Of a stretch of 64,000 nt of DNA, positions 56,334 to 64,000 are shown piece by piece (positions within the stretch are counted from its first letter, which is position 1; every line of letters starts with the position of its first letter). The stretch covers positions 149,689 through 213,688 of the forward strand of contig JAIBAM010000001.1 of NCBI GenBank assembly GCA_019695175.1. The letters run 5' to 3'. The translations under genes were made by a program, and so were the position numbers. The notes beneath the pieces were generated by a model that was given only the letters and a program-made list of their open reading frames with translations, made no database searches and was not told the DNA's origin. Source of the stretch: Bdellovibrionales bacterium. Lineage in GTDB: Bacteria; Bdellovibrionota; Bdellovibrionia; Bdellovibrionales; UBA1609.

Positions 56334-57911
56334 TTATTTACCTTGATAATTGTTTTCGACTACTTTTGAGTCGTTTTCAGATGCAAATAGAACCTGTAGT
56401 TCATAGTGACCTTTACTTTGAGTCAAGTGCTGCAGGCTCGCTGTGGAGTAACTTAGAAAATGACCTGGGAATATTCCCATCCAGAAAATCAATCCTAAAA
56501 ATGGAGTCAAGTAAGCGACTTCACGCCATCTGAGATCAAATTTCTCTCCCTTTTCTTTCAAATGTAATTTCTCCGATTTTACCAAATCACTTTCCACACC
56601 GAAGAAAACTTTCTTTGTCATCCAAAGCATATAGGCAGCACCCAAAACCACACCCGTCGACGCTGCCACAGCGAAAGGTTTTTTAGTGGAAAATGACCCA
56701 AGCAGAATTAAAAACTCACCAACAAATCCATTGGTCATAGGAACAGCGATACTCGAAAAAGTCACAATTAGAAAACAAATCCCAATCCAAGGGGCTGCAG
56801 AAGCAAGTCCGCCATATTTTGAAATTTCTCTAGAGTGAGTTCTTTCGTAGATCAACCCAACCAGTAAAAACAGAGCCCCCGTACTAATCCCATGGTTTAA
56901 CATTTGATACAGAGCCCCAGTCACACTGTAATTATTAAAAACAAACAACCCTAAAACAATGTATCCCATATGCGAAACAGAAGAATAAGCGACCAACTTT
57001 TTAACATCGGGCTGAACCATAGCAACAAGTGCTCCGTAAATAATTCCAACGACTGCCAACAAAAGAAAAACCCAAGACCAGTAGTCCACTGCTCCCGGAA
57101 ATAGGGGAATTACAAAACGTAAAAACCCATAGGTCCCCATTTTTAACATGACAGCAGCAAGAACAACAGAACCAGAGGTGGGCGCTTCCACGTGGGCGTC
57201 AGGCAACCAAGTATGAAGAGGAAACAAAGGAACTTTGATCGCAAAGGCTAAGGAAAAAGCGATCATCAATAAAGTTTGTGTATTAATGAATTCACCCGCC
57301 ACGAAAGGTATTTCCAACTTATACCAGTCCAGAATACTTGCACTCATTTGTCCAAACTGAACTTGAGTTAGTTTCATCAAATAAATGATGGCTAATAACA
57401 TGAAGAGTGAACCCAACATGGTATAAATAAAAAATTTAACTGTTGCATAGAGACGCCTTTGTCCGCCCCAAATTCCGATAATAAAATACATTGGAATTAG
57501 AGAGGCTTCAAAAAATACATAAAATAAAACTCCGTCTATTGCTAAGAATGAACCCAGCATAAAACTTGTCAATGCGAACAGGCTTATATGAAATCCCCTC
57601 ACATTTTCCTTAATAGACTCCCAACTTGCTAAAATAACAATAGGAGTAAGAAACGTTGACAGCAATACGAGCCAAAAAGAAATACCATCAACTCCGACAA
57701 AGTAAGTTATCCCCAAACTTGGCAACCAAGGAATCTTTTGAGCCAATTGAATGGCGTGGGAACTGGAATCAAAAAATCGGAGAAGATTCAGGCTGTAGAA
57801 AAAATGGCCCAGAGCCAAGCCAAAACTAACCGAACGAATATATTTCGATGGTACGAACAAAACAATCAGCGCAAAAACAAACGGCATAAAAATGAGTGTT
57901 GAAAGAAACAT
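56334..57911 (-). CDS. nuoM: NADH-quinone oxidoreductase subunit M
   Basis: 525-aa antiporter-like subunit. FPLHTWLPDAHVEAPTSGSVVLAAVMLKMGTYG and VAYSSVSHMGYIVLG motifs. Confidence 0.9.
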   Translation of the reverse strand: MFLSTLIFMPFVFALIVLFVPSKYIRSVSFGLALGHFFYSLNLLRFFDSSSHAIQLAQKIPWLPSLGITYFVGVDGISFWLVLLSTFLTPIVILASWESIKENVRGFHISLFALTSFMLGSFLAIDGVLFYVFFEASLIPMYFIIGIWGGQRRLYATVKFFIYTMLGSLFMLLAIIYLMKLTQVQFGQMSASILDWYKLEIPFVAGEFINTQTLLMIAFSLAFAIKVPLFPLHTWLPDAHVEAPTSGSVVLAAVMLKMGTYGFLRFVIPLFPGAVDYWSWVFLLLAVVGIIYGALVAMVQPDVKKLVAYSSVSHMGYIVLGLFVFNNYSVTGALYQMLNHGISTGALFLLVGLIYERTHSREISKYGGLASAAPWIGICFLIVTFSSIAVPMTNGFVGEFLILLGSFSTKKPFAVAASTGVVLGAAYMLWMTKKVFFGVESDLVKSEKLHLKEKGEKFDLRWREVAYLTPFLGLIFWMGIFPGHFLSYSTASLQHLTQSKGHYELQVLFASENDSKVVENNYQGK

Positions 57912-57912
57912 T

Positions 57913-59844
57913 TTAACCTACCAAAATCCAAGTAATAGTGGTTACCAGACCAAGCAAAATATAAAGCGCATACTGTTGGGTTTGACCATTCTGTATTGAT
58001 TTTAATCCCGCCCCTGCTGAAACAGTAAAATCAGCTATGAAATAAGTAAGCCTGTCAATAAAATTGACATCCACATAGGCCCACAGGGCCGTTGATCCCT
58101 CGATAAGAGGGTCTAAAATTCTTTGCTTATAGAATTCATCCACATAAAATTTATGGGAAACAAATTGATAAAGTTTTCCCATTTTTAGAACAAAAGATTT
58201 TGGTCTTTCTTTGTGAACAATATAAAAATCAAAGGCGAGCCAGGCACACAATCCAGCCACACTTACAGATATACCCATGAGAGCCCACTCTAACAAACTT
58301 GATTTTCCAATGAATGAGAGTTTAGGAACTACTGGTTCTAACCAATGCTCAAAAACATTTGGAATGTGGCCAGGTAATACACTCGCTAGAATGTGAGGAA
58401 CACCCACCCAGCCAATAGTAAGAGCAAAAAATGCGAGAATGATTAAGGGAAACGTCATGACCAAAGGAGATTCATGGGGATGAATTTCCTTTGGAACTCG
58501 CGATTTCCCCCAAAAAGTAAGTGCCATCAAGCGCGTCATATAAAACGCAGTACATCCTGCTCCACAAACACCAATAAACCAAAGCAAGGGATGGCCATTG
58601 GGACTGGCATAAACGCTCCACAAAATCTCATCCTTACTAAAGAAGCCTGACAAGAACGGAAAACCAATAATTGCTAGCCAACCCACAAGAAATGTCGCGT
58701 GGGTCATAGGCAGCTTTTTAGCAAGACCACCCATTTTGCGAATATCTTGCTCTTCATGCATTGCGTGTATCACACTCCCTGACCCTAAAAACATAAGTGC
58801 TTTAAAAAATGCGTGGGTCATAAGGTGAAACATAGCTCCACCAAAGGCACCGACACCAACAGCCAAAAACATATATCCCAACTGTGAAACAGTAGAGTAG
58901 GCTAACACTTTTTTTATATCCCACTGGGTGAGTCCAATAAGAGCCGCAAATAACGCTGTGGCTGCACCAACAACGGCAATAAGCATCATCACATTTGGCG
59001 CCAACACAAAGAGTCCACTCAATCGAACAATCATATAAACCCCTGCTGTAACCATTGTCGCAGCGTGAATCAATGCGGAGACAGGCGTTGGGCCGGCCAT
59101 GGCATCAGGGAGCCAAACATAAAGCGGGATTTGAGCGGACTTGCCTGTGGCACCAATGAATAAGGCAAGACAAGAGAGAGTGATTGGACCTGTCCAACCT
59201 AACTCAGCCACAGCGGGAAGCCTTGATAAAATCTCTACAAAATTAAGCGTACCAAACTGGAAAAAAAGAATAAACATTCCGATTAAAAAACCCACATCAC
59301 CAATTCTATTGGTAATAAATGCCTTCATACCTGCTGAAGCTTTGGCAGGATCACTAAACCAAAATCCAATAAGCAAATAAGAACAAAGTCCGACTCCTTC
59401 CCAACCGACAAACATAAGTAGAAGGTTATCGGATAGAACAAGCAGGAGCATGTTGAAAAGGAACAGGTTCAAGTAGGCAAAATACTTTGCTGGTCTCAGA
59501 TCATGAGACATATATCCCACACTAAATAAATGAATCAAAGTTCCAATGCCCGTAATAATCAAAATCATTACGGCACTTATTTGATCCACAATAAAGGAGA
59601 AACCAATTTTCAAATCTGCAACTTGCAACCAGTTAAAAAACTCCACTGTCAATCGCCTCTGATCTTCCGGAAGTCCACCCAACTTTAAAACAAGTCCCAA
59701 AGAGCAAATAAAAGAAATAAATGAACACAAGGTGCCTAAAGTTCCAACAGCAATAGCTTTTGTACTGGAAAAATTAAAACCATTAATAAAAAAACCCAAA
59801 ACAGGAGCTAGCAATAATAAAGAAAGAAGCAATTGATGTGACAT
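57913..59844 (-). CDS. nuoL: NADH-quinone oxidoreductase subunit L
   Basis: 643 aa. FVGWEGVGLCSYLLIGFW, LYVWLPDAMAGPTPVSALIHAATMVTAGVY, and the long C-terminal extension characteristic of NuoL. Confidence 0.92.
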   Translation of the reverse strand: MSHQLLLSLLLLAPVLGFFINGFNFSSTKAIAVGTLGTLCSFISFICSLGLVLKLGGLPEDQRRLTVEFFNWLQVADLKIGFSFIVDQISAVMILIITGIGTLIHLFSVGYMSHDLRPAKYFAYLNLFLFNMLLLVLSDNLLLMFVGWEGVGLCSYLLIGFWFSDPAKASAGMKAFITNRIGDVGFLIGMFILFFQFGTLNFVEILSRLPAVAELGWTGPITLSCLALFIGATGKSAQIPLYVWLPDAMAGPTPVSALIHAATMVTAGVYMIVRLSGLFVLAPNVMMLIAVVGAATALFAALIGLTQWDIKKVLAYSTVSQLGYMFLAVGVGAFGGAMFHLMTHAFFKALMFLGSGSVIHAMHEEQDIRKMGGLAKKLPMTHATFLVGWLAIIGFPFLSGFFSKDEILWSVYASPNGHPLLWFIGVCGAGCTAFYMTRLMALTFWGKSRVPKEIHPHESPLVMTFPLIILAFFALTIGWVGVPHILASVLPGHIPNVFEHWLEPVVPKLSFIGKSSLLEWALMGISVSVAGLCAWLAFDFYIVHKERPKSFVLKMGKLYQFVSHKFYVDEFYKQRILDPLIEGSTALWAYVDVNFIDRLTYFIADFTVSAGAGLKSIQNGQTQQYALYILLGLVTTITWILVG

Positions 59845-59853
59845 GTTTATTTT

Positions 59854-60177
59854 TTAACCCTTCATCTGTTCGAAATATCTGATGTTAACCTCATTAAACT
59901 TTCTATAAATCATAACAGCGATAGCTAATCCAATGGCCGCTTCTGCCGCAGCTAAAGTCATGACAAAAAACACCATAATTTGACCATTAAGATTCCCGTT
60001 AAAATAACCAAATGCAATAAATGTTAAATTTATGGCATTTAACATAAGCTCCAAACTCATCAGCATCATAATAATATTTTTGCGAAACAAAACGCCCATT
60101 ATACCAATGGAAAATATTATCGCAGAAAGAATCAAATAATGATTTTGCCCAATTCCAATGGCCTCAATGTTTTGCAT
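59854..60177 (-). CDS. nuoK: NADH-quinone oxidoreductase subunit K
   Basis: About 107 aa starting at ATG 60177, which is preceded by AAGGAGG. The track's longer ORF to 60225 runs into nuoJ. SLELMLNAINLTFIAF and AAAEAAIGLAIAV motifs. Confidence 0.9.
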   Translation of the reverse strand: MQNIEAIGIGQNHYLILSAIIFSIGIMGVLFRKNIIMMLMSLELMLNAINLTFIAFGYFNGNLNGQIMVFFVMTLAAAEAAIGLAIAVMIYRKFNEVNIRYFEQMKG

Positions 60178-60718
60178 GGGTTCCTCCTTGAATTCTGGAG
60201 ATGGCAACGGCTCCAATAGCAACAACTAACAACAAAACACCCAAGACTTCGAAAACAAGAACGTATTTTGTATAAAGTAATTGGGCCAAATCCCTGGTTA
60301 CCTGGAGTTGTGTCGAAGTTTGATCCCCTGATGTTGTTAAGGAAGCTTTAACTCCTTTAGACTCTCCAGACTCTAAAAAAACTCCAACTAAATATCCAAC
60401 AACAAGAGCGACACTCATAAGTTTTAGGAATCCACTAACCAGTCCTTTTGCGAAAGCATTAAACTCATGTTTTAGATCAAATAACATCAGAACCATAACA
60501 AAAAGAACCATGACAGCACCGGCATAAACAATCACCTGCACCCCAGCAATAAACTGCGCATTCAGATGAAAAAACAAGCCTGCTACGCCCATCATCGTAA
60601 GAACTAAATGAAGGGCACTATGTATCGGATTTGCAGAAGTAACGACTTTAAAAGCAAAAAAAATTAACGAAAGTGCAAGGACATAGAACCATAAATTTGA
60701 TATAATAAAAGTCGACAT
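60164..60718 (-). CDS. nuoJ: NADH-quinone oxidoreductase subunit J
   Basis: About 184 aa starting at ATG 60718 (MSTFIISNLWFYVLAL), which lies 4 nt after the nuoH stop. NPIHSALHLVLTMMGVAGLF is typical of NuoJ TM2-3. Confidence 0.88.
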   Translation of the reverse strand: MSTFIISNLWFYVLALSLIFFAFKVVTSANPIHSALHLVLTMMGVAGLFFHLNAQFIAGVQVIVYAGAVMVLFVMVLMLFDLKHEFNAFAKGLVSGFLKLMSVALVVGYLVGVFLESGESKGVKASLTTSGDQTSTQLQVTRDLAQLLYTKYVLVFEVLGVLLLVVAIGAVAISRIQGGTHAKH

Positions 60719-60722
60719 AAAA

Positions 60723-61880
60723 TTAACTCCAATGAGAGCGCATAAGCACAATGATAACCGCAGTCACTATGGCGTTAACAAGAGACCAGGGCAACATTGT
60801 TTTCCAACCCAAATCCATCAACTGGTCGTAACGAAATCGGGGTAAAGTCCATCGAACGTGAATAAATATCCAAAGGAAAAATAAGACTTTCACTAAAAAA
60901 ACCAGATGCAGCGAAAATGCTGTTATGAGACTCGCCTGTGTGGGTGAAAAGGAACTCAAAGCCTGATTCAGTGATTCTGGTGTCAACCATGGATAAAGAG
61001 TGTAACCACCAAAGAAAAATGTGGTCATAAGAGCCGAGGCCACTAACATATGGCCGTACTCACCAATGTAGAACATATTCATTTTAAATCCACCATACTC
61101 AGTATGATAACCTGCAACCAACTCCCCCTCTGCCTCTGGTAGATCAAAGGGAAGCCTATTGGTTTCAGCAAAAAAAGCGGCGAATAATAAAATGGCCCCT
61201 AAAGGTTGGTAAAAAATTCCCCAGTTAGGAAGCCAAGAAATTAACAAATCATTTCCCAAAAATTTAAACGCCAAAGGGCCTGACTGTTGGGCTACCATTT
61301 CTGTAAAATTAAAGGTGTTGTAAACTAATAAAACACCAACAATGGAAAGCCCCATTGATAATTCATAGGAAATCGTTTGAGCGCTCGCCCTAAGAGCCCC
61401 AAAAAGGGAGTACTTATTATTGGATCCATAACCAGCCAGTAGTAAAGCGTAGGCAGCTAGAGATGAAGCCCCTAATACAAAAACAACTCCCAAACCCAAT
61501 TCAAAACTTTGGAATGGAAAAGTATATGGCCCCCAATTTCGACCCATCATTGTGAAAGCCTCGACCTGAATGGGAATAGAAAGAGGTATGGCACCAAACG
61601 CAAGAGCCGCGGGTATTAAAGCCACAACAGGAGCCAAATAAAAGAAAAACTTGTAGCTTCCCTGGGGAACAAACTCTTCTTTTGTTAAAAACTTAACTGC
61701 ATCCGCTAATAACTGGGTCAAACCCAATGGACCCACACGGTTAGGCCCAAAACGATTTTGAATGTAAGCAGATCCACGTCTTTCAACCCAGACAAGAAGA
61801 GGTACAATCTGCACCATCATCATAAAAATAATAATAATTTTTAATCCATTAATACTAAATTCAAAAATATCAGAACCCAT
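60723..61880 (-). CDS. nuoH: NADH-quinone oxidoreductase subunit H
   Basis: VERRGSAYIQNRFGPNRVGPLGLTQLLADAVKF and ETNRLPFDLPEAEGELVAGYHTEY. ATG 61880 lies 1 nt after the nuoA stop. The track's GTG at 61901 is an alternative start. Confidence 0.93.
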   Translation of the reverse strand: MGSDIFEFSINGLKIIIIFMMMVQIVPLLVWVERRGSAYIQNRFGPNRVGPLGLTQLLADAVKFLTKEEFVPQGSYKFFFYLAPVVALIPAALAFGAIPLSIPIQVEAFTMMGRNWGPYTFPFQSFELGLGVVFVLGASSLAAYALLLAGYGSNNKYSLFGALRASAQTISYELSMGLSIVGVLLVYNTFNFTEMVAQQSGPLAFKFLGNDLLISWLPNWGIFYQPLGAILLFAAFFAETNRLPFDLPEAEGELVAGYHTEYGGFKMNMFYIGEYGHMLVASALMTTFFFGGYTLYPWLTPESLNQALSSFSPTQASLITAFSLHLVFLVKVLFFLWIFIHVRWTLPRFRYDQLMDLGWKTMLPWSLVNAIVTAVIIVLMRSHWS

Positions 61881-61881
61881 G

Positions 61882-62253
61882 CTATTCCCACTCCAGAGCA
61901 CGCGACTTTACTTCCCAGTACAGTCCAAAAATAAATATAAAAAGAAAAAAACCCATAGCTCCTAGCATATAAACACCACTACCTGAAGCGATAAAGTCAT
62001 TTAAGGACAGGGCCCATGGGTACATAAAAATAATTTCAATATCAAAAAGAATAAAGAGGATCGCGGTAAGGTAAAACTTTATCGAAACTTTAGAAGTCTT
62101 AGCTTCTGTGGCCTGAACACCACACTCATAAGCCTCCAAATGTGATTTAGACTTTGAACCTTTAGCCCCAAATAACGAAGCCAAATACATCAAGCCAACG
62201 CCAAATATAATCACAAATAGAATTAAAAAAGCCACAGGCAGTAGTTGATTCAT
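61882..62253 (-). CDS. nuoA: NADH-quinone oxidoreductase subunit A
   Basis: 123 aa with 3 TMs. The YECG motif (LEAYECGVQ) and FDIEIIFMYPWA are the NuoA/ND3 signature. Confidence 0.92.
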   Translation of the reverse strand: MNQLLPVAFLILFVIIFGVGLMYLASLFGAKGSKSKSHLEAYECGVQATEAKTSKVSIKFYLTAILFILFDIEIIFMYPWALSLNDFIASGSGVYMLGAMGFFLFIFIFGLYWEVKSRALEWE

Positions 62254-62448
62254 TTTGAAAAATTCTCCAATTCAAATGATTTGAGCATCTTATACCGATA
62301 AAGAATTAATAGTCCAAGCATTCTGTATTCAATTAAGAACCTGATTGTTGAACAAAGACGCAATAAACAATCCATTGGGTTGATGCATTGAATTAAAAAA
62401 CAAAAATATTCCCTTGCCCAACACCTGTCCTCAAGTTCATTTAACAAA

Positions 62449-64000
62449 ATGTCTGAGCTTAAAAATTTAAAGATTCATACCCAGGAATTATCCCACAGTT
62501 ATTTACCTTTGGGTTTTCAAACGTCATTAGCCCGATGGATGAAAAATCCGCAACAAAAGTTACAAATTTCAGGAACCACATCAGTCATTGTTCAAGCGCT
62601 GGCTGTACTACAACCGACAGTTGAACCTTTGGCACCAAATCTTGTGATTCTTGCAAAAGATCTAGAGGTGAAACGCTTCATTCAAGCGGTGAATTTTTTT
62701 AATCCCAAAACTCCTGTATTTGAACTGCCAGCGTTTGAGGTGGAGATTTATTCTGGGCTATTCCCAAATCGAAAAACTATTGCAAAAAGAGTTCAGTGGC
62801 TTTACCAGGCACAAAATGCACTTCCAGGACAAATATTTGTCACCACACCGGAGGCTCTTCTTCAAAAAACCATTCCTTTTCAAACTTTAAATCAAAACTG
62901 CATCCCCATCCAAACCCAAAGGAATCTCCCTCCTCGTTTTACAGAAAAACTCAGCGAATTAGGTTACACCGCAGTTCCTATAGTTGAAGACACAGGAACT
63001 TTTGCAATCAGGGGAGGTATCGTGGATATTTTTTCTCCTGCCTATGAGATGCCCCTTCGTTTAGAATTATTTGGCGATACTGTAGAGTCCATGAGATGGT
63101 TTGATCCTGAATCACAAAGAAGTGTGGAAGACATTCGAACCTCTGTTCTTATTCCTGCAACTGAAATACTAACTCATCCTGAGTTTAGAATCCGTGCAGC
63201 ACAAAAATTAAAAGAAAATTTTTCCCAACGCCAGGTTTCTAAAGAAGAATTCCAACCAATATTACAATCATTGAGCCAAGGTTTTTATTTCTCTGGAATG
63301 GAATATTTGGCCAGTTATTTTTATGAAAAACCTTCGCTCCCCTTAGAACACTTCTCCCAACCAATTCATATTTGGCAAGGGGATTCCTTTGAAATATCAA
63401 GACAATACGATGCCCTAGTTGCCTCTTTAAAAGTAGATTCTTTTTCCGAAAATCTCCCCATCTTACCAAAAATAAATGAAGTCTACGCTTTGCCTGCTTT
63501 TTCAGCTAAAGAAGTTGATTCAGTGAGCCCTGATTCCGGTGGTTTCAATTTAGCTCAACTCATAGAATCACCACCTGATTCGAAAATAATTACTTTCAAT
63601 AGATTGCTCTTTAACTCTTCAACGGAATCTATATCTGAAGAAGAATCATTAGCCATCAACACATCCGAATTAAAAGAATTCACTCAAGCAGCTCAAGCAC
63701 TCACAAACCATTCCTTTGAGTTCATTCAATTTTTGGAAACTAAGCTAAAGGATTGGAAAGATACCGGTCATGTGATTTTTATATCCTCAGCAACTCTGAG
63801 TCAGTGTCAAAGAATCCGTTTTTTATTGGAACGAACCCCTTTTCGAGCTCTCATTGTCAATGAAACCTCCGCTGACTGGGCTGAGTGGTTTCAAGACCAA
63901 GAAAATGAAAAAAATTTACTGCATATAGTTCCTCGACTTTTACCTGAAAGTCTTCGCCTACAAAGTGACAAATTGATTTTACTCAGAGACGAAGATTTTT
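62449..64000 (+). CDS. mfd: transcription-repair coupling factor Mfd, 3'-truncated by window edge (absent from the ORF track)
   Basis: Own translation from ATG 62449 stays open to nt 64000: MSELKNLKIHTQELSHSYLPLGF...FVTTPEALLQKTIPF...FAIRGGIVDIFSPAYEMPLRLELFGDTVESMRWFDPESQRSV...GMEYLASYFY. This is the UvrB-homology N-terminal module of Mfd. Confidence 0.9.
   Translation, partial: MSELKNLKIHTQELSHSYLPLGFQTSLARWMKNPQQKLQISGTTSVIVQALAVLQPTVEPLAPNLVILAKDLEVKRFIQAVNFFNPKTPVFELPAFEVEIYSGLFPNRKTIAKRVQWLYQAQNALPGQIFVTTPEALLQKTIPFQTLNQNCIPIQTQRNLPPRFTEKLSELGYTAVPIVEDTGTFAIRGGIVDIFSPAYEMPLRLELFGDTVESMRWFDPESQRSVEDIRTSVLIPATEILTHPEFRIRAAQKLKENFSQRQVSKEEFQPILQSLSQGFYFSGMEYLASYFYEKPSLPLEHFSQPIHIWQGDSFEISRQYDALVASLKVDSFSENLPILPKINEVYALPAFSAKEVDSVSPDSGGFNLAQLIESPPDSKIITFNRLLFNSSTESISEEESLAINTSELKEFTQAAQALTNHSFEFIQFLETKLKDWKDTGHVIFISSATLSQCQRIRFLLERTPFRALIVNETSADWAEWFQDQENEKNLLHIVPRLLPESLRLQSDKLILLRDEDF

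Noticed and set aside
62250-62447. 65-aa minus-strand ORF ending in a 4-nt overlap with the nuoA start
   Set aside because: It would fill the entire nuoA-mfd divergent spacer and leave no promoter for either gene. Its Cys/Leu-rich composition has no motif or ribosome-binding site. It is treated as spurious.

Overview
AT-rich, densely coding chromosomal segment with about 57 protein genes. I recognised no rRNA, tRNA, CRISPR array, transposase or integrase. Most of the content is housekeeping. It includes an mreB paralogue, glpD, pepP, xseA-xseB-ispA, groES-groEL, dapA-dapB, a short-type transaldolase, ftsK, queE, dnaB, tatA/B-tatC and a nuoA-H-J-K-L-M-N membrane-arm cluster. mfd runs off the 3' edge. 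There are also two histidine-kinase / sigma-54 (NtrC-type) regulator pairs, one of them truncated at the 5' edge. Many genes encode lipoproteins, secreted proteins or coiled-coil proteins of unknown function. The mix of sigma-54 enhancer-binding proteins, FHA and PP2C signalling, and an AT-rich Gram-negative envelope gene set suggests a Bdellovibrionota/Oligoflexia-like or deltaproteobacterium-like organism. That taxonomic guess is inference only. The best candidate for an undescribed system is a three-gene minus-strand cluster at 24259-29498. It encodes a MotB/OmpA-type protein with a very long coiled coil between its Asp-bearing TM helix and its peptidoglycan-binding domain. It also encodes an ExbB/TolQ/MotA-type channel protein and an FHA / coiled-coil / TM protein. 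A phased triple repeat precedes the cluster. Other points worth a second look:
- an mreB gene translationally coupled to a sigma-region-4-only protein and an anti-sigma-like protein;
- an orphan N-terminally short pyruvate-dehydrogenase-E1-like enzyme coupled to a hydrolase-like gene;
- an HPPK-like protein whose two metal-binding Asp residues align to Lys;
- a patatin-like lipoprotein lacking the nucleophile Ser;
- a nuo operon containing only the seven membrane subunits;
- several exact repeats and palindromes in intergenic DNA.
All domain calls come from motif recognition by eye in the supplied translations. No database search was run.
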